Below, in pieces: positions 25,301-38,500 of a DNA stretch of 64,000 nt. Numbering within the stretch: the stretch's first letter is position 1; every line of letters begins with the position of its first letter. The stretch lies in contig JAQGDQ010000278.1 of assembly GCA_030141605.1 (NCBI GenBank), forward strand, positions 240,208-304,207. The letters run 5' to 3'. The notes under the pieces were generated by a model that saw only the letters and a list, made by a program, of their open reading frames with translations, did not search any database and was not told the DNA's origin. This DNA is from Tubiluchus corallicola. Lineage: Eukaryota; Animalia; Priapulida. The translations under genes were made by a program, and so were the position numbers.

Positions 25301-28300
25301 ACGATAAAAAATCTTTCAAATCATTTTGGTTCAGCAAATTGTTAACAAAATGAAATCTTTGCATTGTCCTACAATGATCATTAACATCACTGAAACACAC
25401 TTTTTTGGTTAAGAAAACTTGAGCAGCAGTGACTGGAAAAAACTAGAGAAAGGCCTGATCTGAGTGTATCACGACTACATGCGCGATTATCTCTAATTTA
25501 AGATCGTACCATTTCTAACCCACACTTTTTGCGATCATGTAAACGCAGTAAAATTAAAATGAGGAAAAACGATTAATTTTAATATTCAGGATATACACTT
25601 GCAAACTAGTTTAGATTAATGATAAACACGCGGATCAGACATCACATTTAATAGGCAAGGCAGGAAGGATGAGAAAAAATTAGAAATGTAAATTTAATGG
25701 GCAAACACAATTTCAGTAAAAGGCGATATACCAACAACGTAAACGATGCAGTAAATAAACGTGACAGCCAGCACCCAGAAAAGATATGGCTTTTATTCAG
25801 GTGCAACATTTGCAACGTTTCGACAACGTGTTGGAGATGTTGTACCTGAATAAAATTCATCTTAAGTGAGTGCTGGCTGTCATTTTTATTTTAAGAAACT
25901 GTTTTCCCCATCACAAATTCCCCAACACATTAAAGTTAATCAAATTAACCATTCTACTGTTACCATTATTGTCGAAAATCAGACGTTAACACAATAGCTT
26001 AAAAGCGTCTCCACTCTTCCTTGGGTACATTACTGAAATAAAAACATTTATATTTGGCCACAGTGTGGCATGAATCGTGGCACAAGACTTCTTGTTGCCA
26101 ATTTGGCAACCTAGGGTCTAATATTTTTCTGGATTCCAGTGTTAATCAAGACGAAGCTTGAAATGGGCAGGATTAGAGGCTTAAACTATTGTGTCACACA
26201 ACTTGTTCCACTCGTCAGTTACTCGTATTGCAAATGTTTTTCTCCTTCTGCTCCACCTGCTGAGAATAGTTCTCTTGATTTTGTAGGAATGCCCTCTGGT
26301 ACCAAGATATGTTTGTTGGTGGAAAAATTTGCACATCATTTTCAAATATTCACTAGCCACTATACACATACTCATTAATTTTGCATTTTACAACCTTGCA
26401 TTGTAACTCCTTGTTTGGGCTAACACAAAATAATGTGGACATTTAAATTCTTTTAAATTTTAGAAATCACCAATATTAACATACGAGAATATATGAACCG
26501 AATAAGCCAACCAAAAGGGCTATCCTTTCAATGGGTTGGAAGGCAAAACTATAATCCTACACTTACTACAGAAAAAATCATTCTACAATAAAAGTCTCCA
26601 ATTACAAGAAATTAAAAAACAGGAAAACTGGCAATTAAGACCGCTTCGTATTGGCAATACAATCCACATTTACAAAATGATTTTATTATCGTGCTGTAAA
26701 AGGCTATTATGATACAACTAAGCCCATTAAACTTGGAATCGCACATACTGAAGCACAAATCGTCAGAAACAACAGTAGAAGTTTGGTTGTTTTAGGTTTT
26801 AAGGCGCTGTCATAATAGTGTTGGTTTATAAAATAAAGCGCACGTTATGTACAACAAGACAAAGACGTTTAAGAAACACCTGACAGAAAATCTCCAAATT
26901 TTGTTTTCATCCTCTTTTTGGTGTTTGCATTTCATAAACAAGTGAAGTGACAACAAGTTCAACTGATTTCTCACTCCAGAAATAAGCTCAAAATTTAAAA
27001 ACATTTTTATTACATCCATGGTTCATGAACTATGATCACACAAATGCCTTATATGACAGAACATTCATTATACTTACAGGTTCACCTTCAAACAAGATTT
27101 GTTGGGAAATTTCGTGTTAATGTTTGCCCAAAGCCCAGTTTAATTTTTTTGCAGAACAAAAGCATACAGTCATTCAAACTAAATAACTAGGCGTGATTGT
27201 TTCACACTTGGTAACAATAAAATGTTACAGCAAATGTTTTAAAAGCAAATTTATGTTTAAACTGTACAGTAGAAAGCAGGATGTGAAAACTATAAAAGAC
27301 TGAATGGGAATGGTAGAAGTCGCACAATGAAAATCACTTTTACATTTTAATTTGCAAACTATTTAATTTTCAGTTTTGAGATTTCAATATCGGAGGAATA
27401 TAAATCATTGTATATTATATTTAGATAGCCAGTCTAAATCTAGACTACAAGTAATTCATTCTAATGCTCGAAGATTGGCTTATTAATGTTATTTGTGTTA
27501 CTAGTATTCAAAAATTACGCATGCGCAAATCTCAAGTATCGTTCATAATACTTTATGTATATGAGAATTTCAAAATACTTAACTTAACAACTACTGAGAT
27601 TTAATAAGTTACCAAGGCCCAAGGAGTCTATCAAGGAATATGAAATTCACTGACAGTTTAAATTCTTTTGACAACACTGTTTTAATTTAAATTAGACTAC
27701 TTCAATATTCTGTCTTTATTCAAATTTAGATATGAGACTTTGTTTTAGTTTTTTTTGAAGATAAAACAAAAGTCATCACTTCTTTCTTATATAGATCTTG
27801 CTCAAGTGCTACCCAGTACTGTGTTACTAATAAATGAAATGAAAAATTATGTTAGATTTTTAAAAATGTAACCTCGTTACGGTTGCAAGCTACATTGTTA
27901 AAAAATTAACTGGTCACAGCTACAGTTCTTTTGCAAACACCAGAAAAGTAACTACAGTAGTTACAATTTCAGTGCCTTTAAAAAGTAGCTGCTACATGAA
28001 GTTATGGATATAAGACTGGCGAAAATAACTAGAAATAAATAAACTGCTCACTTGTACGTCTACAGTACTGAAAAAAAGAGTATTACTGTATGGGTAGAAT
28101 AAAATTTTTACATGATGTGTAGGTAAAAAACTTATCCTTATTCTAGACAAATATAATGGCAAAAGCACTGTTGCCTCTGTTACAACTTACAACAAAAAAG
28201 CAACTATTTTTTGTAACTAGTTAAATTTGTAACAGGCTACTGCCATCACTGGTGCTGCCTTACCTAACAGTGAAGCTACTTTTTAAGTTAATAAGACAAT

Positions 28301-31007
28301 GTTTTAATTAAACTACACGTTTAAACAAAATTTGCTGCATTTGCAGGGCTATAACTTATAAAGCAAGGCTTATAATGCAGTTATAATGTAGCTTTTTAGA
28401 TTTCCAAAACATTTTCTTGACAAACAAACAGCAAAGCAATAGAATTTATAAGAGCTAAATAAATCATTGGTAGCAACCTATGATGCAGATAACTATTAAG
28501 AAATACTTTCATTCCTAGCGCAATAAAGCAGACAATTTTTCTCTGTGAGAATGATTGACTGTGTTACTAAAAGTTTCCAATTACAAGTTACAAATCTATT
28601 TAGATTATGATTAATTACTTAAAATCTCTAATAAAGTTAACTAAACGACTACCGAAAACTTTTTTATAAATTGGCCTTAGCGCTGAATATATTAAAAAAG
28701 ATATTAAAAATATTTAAGAGATCTTCTGTAATTTCGGTTACATAGTTAAATTATGCATCAAGGTCAATGAGAAATAGCCAAACATGTGACATTATTGTAC
28801 ATATTTGCTAGCTGCTGTATGAACGTTCAGGCCTAGATCACTAAACTGACACCATAACAGTAGATAAACAACAAATGCAGTACATTTACACAGGCATGAA
28901 GACTATACACACACAGCAGTACTTGTGCACACTAAAATGGTCAACTGCTTTGTGACTTTGCTTGACTTTCACGTGGATTCTTGATTGTATTTATTTAAGG
29001 TAGCTCACAATTTCTGAAGTAGAACAAATATGGCTATGGCTATTAACTATAAATTAAAATTTATTCACAAAAATTTTGAAATACTGGCAATATGATTGAA
29101 AATCATAGAATTTGAATTTACAATAGTATTGATGCACAAACTTTGGAAAAATATTTTTGGACTCCATAACCAGTGTAGCCACCACATATCTCAATGCACT
29201 GTCAATGGGTAATTAGCTGCACAGAAACTGGCAACACTGACTTACTTTACCATTTGCTAGTCAGAAATATCTTTTCACTGTACATATAGAAGGCTAGTTA
29301 GGGTATACAGATAAACTTCCTATTAAGTTCTAAACAACTTATACAAAGATAAAAAAGGTTATCTGTGTACCCTAACAAACCTTCTCTTAATGTGCAAAGT
29401 AGTTCAATTCCCTTAACTTTATCTACAGACACCTAGCTATACTTTTAGTGTATTTCTTTTCCTCTACATGTCTATTAATGTGTTACATTTTGGTTCCCTT
29501 GTAAATACATAATTAGTGAATAACTGCTATATTGATGGCTCTGCCTATAAAAGTAGTTGTTTGTTTTGTGTAGTTATCACCTAAGATATCTGCAGGCTGC
29601 AGTCGAAATGTTTGGAGAAGTTTTTAACATTTTCTAACTTAAAGTTTTAATAGAAGTTGTTTTCTTTTTATAATTTGAAATTCTGTTCTAATTTAAGTTT
29701 TCCTTTCCAGTACTACTTCTGGAGCACTACCCTAAACTTTGATGGGTCCTTCTTGTGCTGCCCTGTTCCCACATTCAACACTACAGCACAACTTTCAGTT
29801 TTAAACAATTCATGGTGTCCGGAAGCAAATTTAAGTAGTGTTTTACCTATTTAAAAAATGGACTGGTGGCTGCCAGAAAATTTCATATGCCCTTCAGGTT
29901 TTAGCTATTTTTCTCTTTGAGGAGGATGTGTGTGTATCTGAACATAGGTAAGACACCATTGTTGGTTAAGTTGTTCAGCTTGTTTTTGGCAAATGGCTAC
30001 AATTAGGTCCCATCACAACCCCTCAACATAAAGTACGGGGCTGTATGCATTATTATTGAGTGCTGAATTCTGGCTACAGCTTAACTGGGGTATAAAAAGC
30101 AAGTTCTGACATATTGTTCTAAAATCACCTAATTCGAAATACCAATTTAAACAATCGTAATGAAAACTAATAGGTCACATGCTGCAAAGAAGGTCTAACA
30201 GACCCATGCTTGATGCATTTAGACTTTATATTAGAAGCTGCAATGAAAAAACTTGTAAAAATTCATACGCACATAATAAGTTATGTACAATATGGGATAC
30301 AATACAGATGTTTCCATTGCTTTTACAAGGTTTTTAACAAAACTGCAGCAACAATTGATTTAGCAAATGAAGAATAGGAAGCCCTATATTGCAACAACAG
30401 TACTGTTATCAGAGTCAAGCTTTTCCAAGTTATGATCACTACTTGAAAGTTAATTTACATTTACAAACATTTATTTCTCAGAAGAAACTGAATTCAGTAG
30501 CTATCACTAATTTTGTAAATTTAACACCAGGCTATAATATAAACTCACCAACTGATATTCGTTCCGCCTATCAAAAGTTTCTTTTAAGCCTTTATCATTC
30601 CACAGTTCTGTAACAGGAACCACATATTCAGCGAAAGCGTTGTTGTCTAGATTCATATTACTATTGTACGTAAACAAGTACGTGGCATTTTTTCCATTTT
30701 TAGGATTTTCCCATTTTACGCCCAACTTTTCTCGAGCGTCACACAGAACCATAGTACCCTTTATAATGTTCTGATATATTGTAACCCTAAATTCGGCAAT
30801 TTGGTCCTCGTCAAAATCATGCCCATGTATAATCCGCATCTGTTTGAGAAAAGTACTTTTGCCACTTTCACCAGAACCTAACAATAAAATTTTCACTTGT
30901 CTGCGGTGTAAGGCCTTCTCTTTTGAAAGCATTTTATCTATCCTTTTGCTTCTGTTTTTCTCCTCAAGTTCCTGAGCACTCATACAACAGCCAAACATCT
31001 CCGCCAT
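21779..31007 (-). CDS. GNA13: Heterotrimeric G protein alpha-12/13 subunit (concertina-like), ~359 aa, 3 coding exons
   Basis: Exons 31007-30549, 24163-24113 and 22348-21779, all phase 0. P-loop [38 protein letters not shown], the C-terminus NLKSLMLQ typical of the G12 class, and an N-terminal CC palmitoylation site. The symbol denotes the invertebrate G12/13 co-ortholog. Confidence 0.93.
24113..24163 (-). CDS. GNA13: G-alpha12/13 coding exon 2 (51 nt)
   Basis: ttattgcag|[17 protein letters not shown]|gtaagt. Confidence 0.92.
25150..25440 (-). mobile_element. LINE 3' end remnant
   Basis: Minus-strand ...[19 protein letters not shown] followed by an (AAT)n-like tail. Confidence 0.5.
25753..25891. 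repeat. ~140-bp fold-back inverted repeat (Penelope pLTR-like)
   Basis: ~62-bp arms with many matches around a 13-nt loop gtttcgacaacgt. Confidence 0.7.
26181..26375 (-). mobile_element. CR1-like LINE 3' fragment
   Basis: TRGHSYKI...[16 protein letters not shown], the canonical CR1 ORF2 C-terminal motif. Confidence 0.7.
30549..31007 (-). CDS. GNA13: G-alpha12/13 coding exon 1 (in-frame upstream ATG at 31058 possible)
   Basis: MAEMFGCC...[24 protein letters not shown]...RRNEYQL; donor GTGAGT. Confidence 0.92.
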
Positions 31008-31026
31008 GTTGGCTAACACCCTACCT

Positions 31027-31054
31027 GTGACGTCACTCGACTTTGAACTTCCGG
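31027..31054. promoter_or_regulatory. Palindromic CRE (GTGACGTCAC) and ETS/GABP site (ACTTCCGG) just upstream of the G-alpha start
   Basis: Exact motif matches at 31027-31036 and 31047-31054; function inferred only. Confidence 0.4.
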
Positions 31055-32475
31055 TCATTGATGGATGCGCTCAACATCTAAAACAAAATTTTGCAAAAAG
31101 CACACTTGATCACTTCCAGTAAAACTGGAAAACAGTGCATTCCGAAATATCCAACTTTATTAGTGATTAGTGAAAAATGGCATTTTACCCAATAATAGTT
31201 TGTATACGCTGGGGTTAACAAGTCTTCCTTACTTGTAAAATTTGATGTCTTTCTCATGGTTAGATATTTCAATAATCAAGCATTACAACTTTTCCTGTGT
31301 TAAGAATTTCATCTTACATTAATGGCTGGCAGTAGTTGTTCTTCGTACTAGTTCTACTTTTGTTTTTAATCTATTTATGATTATTAATTTGTTTCATAAG
31401 TCGCAAATTCTTTATTAACTCGTTCATGTGTTCATTTGTCAGATTATTTACTCGTACATTTGATTAATTGATTTTTTTTTGTGATTTACTCTTTGATTCA
31501 CAGTTCAACTAACAGTTACTTGTCTCACAAATAATAAAGGTTACAGTTACAAGGGCAGATGATAAGGATTTCACTGTATAGGTAATGAATATGAAAATTG
31601 AACTGATTGGTTTTGTCAGCCTATTTATAGTATAGTGCCTATATGAGATTCAATTCAATTCAAAATTTATTGCATAAGTTTTTCAACACATCGACAAATT
31701 CTACATCTATACATAGGACACATTAATTAACAACACAAGTAAATAACAGAACTGCCGAGTGCTAACATTAAATAACAAATCATTAGATATTAAAAAAGGA
31801 AGGTAGAATCTGAAAAAGTATGACAATAAATTTTTGTTAGTTGTATATGTAGCATAGTAGTAAAATTTTTTACAACATTGTGATGACAAGAAAATTAATG
31901 TAAAATCAACTATTGGTCAGTCATCTAAGTAGGGGTTTATCCCACTTGCATGGCAGGCCATATTGATTAAAAACATGAAGTAGGATAAATTATGTAGTGT
32001 AAATCAAAAATTATAGGACTATTGTCCTATAAAGACAAGTCGCTCTCTACAAACAAATTGTAATAAAACTGATTAAAACAGCATTAATTGATCATTTGCT
32101 TTTTTTTACTTTGGAAACCAGTATTTTTCAGAAATTTGATAATATATACTTTCAAATATTTACCTTCAAAAAACAGTTTACATATCTATTATTAGGTATC
32201 TAGCATTATGGCAGGGGCGCACACCTCTTAATTTTGACGATTTTAATTTCACTGGCTCCTAAAAATTATTTTAATATTAATTATTGGCTTGTTGCCGTTA
32301 ATTGACGCTGTGTAATCGTGTATGTATATAGGCGCTTATTGGCCAAACTGTACGTGGTTGAGAATTTACGTAACGAACACTTTGGGCCTAAGAAGTGAAG
32401 ATCGTGATTGATGCTCTTCCGTTTTTGGTGCGTTTACAGGTTTGAAATTACATTATCGTTGAATAAAATTTAGAA

Positions 32476-32561
32476 ATGGCAGCCCCCTTGTTAAAACGTT
32501 GTCGTAAAATCTACCCTTGTAATGCATTGCATATTTGGATAAGAACTGCTTATACAGTCTT
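32476..32561 (+). CDS. Oligopeptidase A exon 1 (presequence-like)
   Basis: MAAPLLKRCRKIYPCNALHIWIRTAYTVL; donor GTAAGA; phase 2 matches exon 2. Confidence 0.75.
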
Positions 32562-35500
32562 GTAAGATTGCCGTATTGTAGCTAAACCTATTTTCTGTAA
32601 CAATGGCAATTTCGTTTTTTTAGTTCACCTTAAAGTGAGTTAGGCAATAACTCACTTTAAGACAACTTTTTTGTAGAGACTTGAGGAGTGTGCGAATGAC
32701 CACTTGGTTGTTAAACTCGCTGGCACTACTTTACTTATTATAATATGAAATATAATTGATGTGACTGTGTTATAATGGATGAAATAAATTTCATATTTCA
32801 TAGTAGATACATGGCACATTACATAAACTTTGTCTTTCTTGCACTTACAGTAAACGTTGTTCAACTTTATTGCTTTTTCGTTTTATTGCATTAATCGATT
32901 TGTATAGTACATGTGATAAGCCATTACAAACACATTTTTCTATGCTCTGTCTACATCGCAAATATTATTGATGGGAGTAATTGACTACTAATATTCTATT
33001 ACTTGCCTGGAAGTCTCTTGTGTCGATTATTTAGATAAGTAATCGAATATTAAATGATTAATTTGTGTTATTGAGCTGCTATAATAATTTGAAACACGAA
33101 ACATGCAAAATGCGTGTGAAATAATTGTCAGTACAAGCAAATTGTGAATGTAAATGCTCTCAAACACAAAGCTGGCATAATTACACTCCCAGTGAATTTT
33201 AGCATGCCCATTGAGCACAGAATTGTATTGCTACCCTCGCCCGGAACATGCAATTTCAGTAACCAGTTACAATAATCGGACTAAAAGTAATCGATAATCA
33301 CAATTATTTGAAATCGGTGGTATTGCTTACCACTTGCAAATAGTCCTCCTGTAAGGACTATATACATGTTCAGTCATCTGTGACTAATTCATTTGAGTTT
33401 TTTATACCTTTTGTTTTTTACTTTTGTAGTGGATGTGTTGTATTAAACTGTTATTGTTCTTGCTACTTGATATTGTTCTTTCATACTGCTGTTGATCTGT
33501 TAAGTTCAGCCAAACAGTAAAGCATGTTCGCTTGCTAGGTTTATTAATTTAATATCTGTGGTGGCAAAAGTGGATGAAGTTCTTGAAAGAACAGCATTAT
33601 TTTCTTGAATGGCTCTTTAAATTTGATTTGTAATGGCTGCTCGTAGCTAAAATTAGTGGGGTTGCTGTTTCAGAAAATTGTTTTAATACCGTGTAGAACG
33701 AATTAAATTTAATTGTAATTTTAAACAAACAAACAAACATACGAATTTCTTTGGGATGCAAGGAGGCCATGATTAAATTGTTTAAGTTTTATGCACGACA
33801 CACACTGAGTCAAAATTTAATTCTACACTATCACATTCAAGAATATGCTAGTACACGGTTTATAAGCATGTGACAACTGACAATGCACACTGCATGAGCG
33901 ACCCAGCTCTCTGTATCTAAAGTGCAGCATCTTTTCTCAAATATGGGCGTCAAACAGCCAAGCAAACACTTCCATCACGTGTTCTGGCTTCGTACAAGTA
34001 CAAAGGAATAATTAAAGAAAAAATACTCATTATATTGAATATTATCGATAATATCAAGTGAAAATAGCAGTTCCACAAGCCGCCACTGTTCCTCAGTGTC
34101 ATTTCTGAACCCAATGCACAGCTTCCAAGTGCAGCTGTCATAATGGTTTCTAACTTTTGAACATTCTGGCATTCACGTTCAAAATCTATTTAATGATATT
34201 GCTAATTGCCAGCTAAATAGAAAAAAAACTGATACCATAGGTATTGCTGTAGCGTGACATAGGTATAGGTGGTGCTGTTTAATTGTGTGCTACAAAGATA
34301 AAATCCCGGGCCTTTTCTGTTATGTTGAACTAGTTGGTCAGGTGGCAGAGCATGAGACTTCTATTCCGAGGTCTCTGGTTCATGTCCCGACTGGTTCACA
34401 ATTTCACAAATTACACGTATTACATCGCAATAGCCTTTCTTTAGGCTTTAGTTGCGGCAAAGGTAAAAGGAACACGAATCTGTCCTGTTTTGTAATAATC
34501 TTTACGATTTAGTTTCATAACTAATTAATTTTTTTGTAGAGTGCCGGAGGTACCTGTTGATACTCCTGAGACGAACCCTTTGATGAAACAAGATGATTAC
34601 CCTATCTATAAGGCAATAGATGTAAAGAAACATGCCATCACGGGAATTGGTAAAATGGTTTTGGATTTAAAAGCTGGTGTTAGTCAGGTTGAAAGAACAT
34701 TAGAAGGTAACTTTGTTTGGAACACGATTTGTGCCTATTTTGTTTATTACTTTGGCTGGCCTAATCACTTAAACTTTATCACTTAAACCACTATTTGAAA
34801 ATAAAAAAATGCTCATTGAAAATAATTTTTTAAATGAAACTATGTAAATGCTTTACTTTTGGCTAATCTTCAGCCATTTATTTAACCTTCACAAAAATTC
34901 TTGCAAAAAGTTGTTTTTGTGAATTGAAAATCCTAATAATATAATCCATACTCTATTGTCAGATGCCCATACTCATAGGTATAGTACTCGTCACCATCTG
35001 AAATATCCCCTTCCCTAGCTGCAGACCAAAGTGATTACTCAAGAACAGTTTTAGCTCATATGGTTTATTTAATTTCCAAACATAAATTTGAAGTCATTTT
35101 AATTTATGTAGTTCGTGTATCTTGTGTTATTGTAACAGTGTAATAGGGCTGGTCATTGTATGTTCTACCTTGCTTATTCGTTTAAACATTTTTATATTTT
35201 GTAATTTTATGCTGTGCTATAATTCAACCTTTTGGTTGTAATGATGATTACATGATGTTTATATATACATGTTATGTCACATTAAAAGAATGTGGTGATT
35301 TAAGGGAGTATAAAATTTTCAACAATTGTTAAATAAAAGCAACTAATTTTATTTATTTACTGGAAAGAGCAAGTCATTGTAAATATTGTAAACCATTAAA
35401 TATCTTTGCCCTACAAATAGAGGGCAGCACCTGTACATATTGTATTATAAGTTGTATTTGTGCAAAAATAAAGACTTATAATAATCCAGTACATAAACGT

Positions 35501-38500
35501 TGTACATAATATGTATATTGTTGACATGTTTCAGATCCAAATTTGCCAAAAACATTCCAGAATGTCATAGAGCCGATCGAGAAGTTAACAGCTCCAGTAT
35601 CATATTGTTGGAACACGTTTAAAAACCTCAGTTATGTTAAGAACAATGAGGATATAAAAAAAGCTATGGAAATGGTAGTGATTATTTTTATCAGAGTTTT
35701 CTATAAACAGTTTTAACGAGTAACATAGCTATTGAAATGTTTTTAGAATAATTAGTAGTGATGAGTTAGTTTACTATTTGTTAACCGACTTTTTTCGCTA
35801 AATCTGAAAAGAGCCTTTCACTTTAAATACTGGCTTGCACATTTTAAGAGATTTGCTAAAACTGGCAGACTTAGATCAGATTATTTGTCCCTTCCATTTT
35901 TTTCGGAAAGGCTTACTAAATAAATATTTTGAGATTGTAGGACCAGGACTAGTAATCTGTGGCAAACAATGCGTGGGTTGGCCATTTGATTGTAATTTGC
36001 TGCAAAACTTTTCTTTTTTACAAAAGTTTTACAGTTAACGTTGCTATGGAATGAGCAAGCATTATGCTGTTCAAATTTTGTTTAGATTTACTACCAGGAT
36101 CCAAGCAGAACTGTGGGCACAACTTGTTTACTAACTATTTATTTTGTTAATCCGGCTTCAAGACTGGAATGTTAAGTTTTCTGGTACTTAAATTTTTTCA
36201 CTTTCTTAGGCACAATCACTCACATTTACTTACTTAGTAGCCGCCTTCATGTTCAATTAATGACTGCTGTCTCACAAGTGACCTAATCAAAGTTAAGTCA
36301 GCATCTCAGTTTTAGAAATTACTCCTTTTTTGAGGCAGATCTTTGCAGAGCAGTATGGGGCTATTTAGTATGTGGGGTCAGCAAGGATCTTACGGAATCA
36401 TGGAACCATTCTGTGGGTGCCTTGCAGATTTGCATAACCATAAAAGTTGGGTCTGTACATCTCTGCTAATCCTACAAAATAATGATACGTTAATATTTAT
36501 AAAATTCAACTTATTTTCGGTTATTCCTTTGTTACGTAACTAATAAGCCTTTTCACAGTTTTGTTGTGCACATGTGCAGTTCCGGTAGGTCAAAGATTAA
36601 GTGAACCCAAGCTATTCGTCTTAACTGCAACTGTAATGTGACAAATGGGTAATGCAAAGTTGTCTGCTGCATCAGTTGAATAATTTAGTTGTTTTATGTG
36701 GACTTTATTTAATTCTGCATTAGTTTATGTACTGAGTGATTTACTAAACAGGATCTTGCTTGGGAACTAGGTAAAATGAAAAAGAAAAAATGAACTAGGC
36801 AAGGCTCTAGCTAACTGTTAAAACTGTTAATATTACAATAGCATGGGCTTTTGTTATCAAGTGTACACAAGTGGTTGTCTGGTTCACCTTTGCCTTTTCA
36901 TGATCATCATCAATTGCTGGTACTGTGAAAAGGCTTATTCTGTTAAGCAGTAAAAATGGAACTGACAGGATTAAAAGTTTTGTCTTTGTAGCTCCAACCA
37001 GTTTTACTAAAAGCTCGTGCAGCACGATTCCAAAGTTTGCCAGTCTACAAGTCTGTGAAGGTAAGAATTTTGTACTTCATAGAAACTCTGCGTAGTTTGT
37101 TAGGTTATTATATGCAACAGAATGTAGACATGCCTAGAATGTGCATTTATTACAAAAGTTTTATAAGATGATATTCATATATTATGCTCTGGTTATATTA
37201 CTTTTTAGTAAGCACTTTGATTTGATGTAGTTTTAGCTTGAAAATCAGATAGTGCTCTTCTGAGACTTGCCATGGTCATAATCTAAAGAAGTCAAACTGT
37301 CCATTAAGTCTCAAAATTTTTATATTTCACAGAAACTTTCTTCCTTCACAGACTTTATTAGCTGTAAGGTAAAATTACAATAATAAAAGATTACAGGTAA
37401 TACTGCATATACAATGATATAAAAATAGAAGATACAAAATTCATTAGAAAGCTAAATCAGAAGAACTTTTACAATTACTAATTAAGAAAAACAAAACCTA
37501 ACTGAAACTGACAAACATTCAGGACGAAATCTTCTGTGAAAAATAAAAAAAATTTCGAGACTTATATGGGCATTTTGAGTTCTTTATAATTGAATTAAGA
37601 ACATGTACGTAGGAACTTGATCGAGATATTGCTAACTTGACGGAGAGTCAACATCGCGTTGTGCAAAAGTACCTACTGGAAGCGTCACTAAATGGCGTCG
37701 AATTGACTGGTTATGATCAGGAACATCTCAATAATGTGCTGCTGAAACTAGCAAATGAAAAAAACAAGTTTAGGTAAGAGGATGATTTAATTTGTTTTGC
37801 TTTGCAGCTGATTGGTTTATTACATATATTTTTTTTATTATTTATTTCATGTATATATCAGTACATAACAAGTACTATAGAACAGTAAATAAAACTAAAT
37901 TTAAAATCACTATTTAAAAATACTACTACATGACAAATAAAATAAATATTTACACCAAGAACAGAGGATTAGAAAGCTAAATATTTAAAAAAGGATTAGT
38001 ATTTTTTCCTCGTAAAAAAGAATTTTTCAAGTTAAAATGATGTCAGCATTAAGAATAAAATTGTGTTTGACTATATTAGAACCCGCTGACAAAGACTAAG
38101 AATATTTTTTACGTAAAATCACTTTAAAATGATTGTAGCAATTTTGTGCACATATTCTAGATGGTGTTTATGCCCTACCATAAGCGAAAAATTTTGTCAA
38201 TGCAAAATAGTATACTGTTAAAAGATTAAAAGTGATCCAGATGTTAAAACAGTAAAAAGATGAACAATAATATTTAAAGAGAACACGCTTGACATCAATA
38301 GAGCAAAAACTAAAATTTCTACAAAGAATATTAGATCTATATAAAACAGGTGCAATTTATTTAAAATATCAGCATCATCTTTACAATTGTCCCTTATTAT
38401 TTGACCAAGATATTTTACTTCATGTTCACGTTCAATCTGTTTTCCTTGCGAAGTTACATTAGCAAAACTAATGTTTCTAAGTGCATTTGGAATAAAATGC

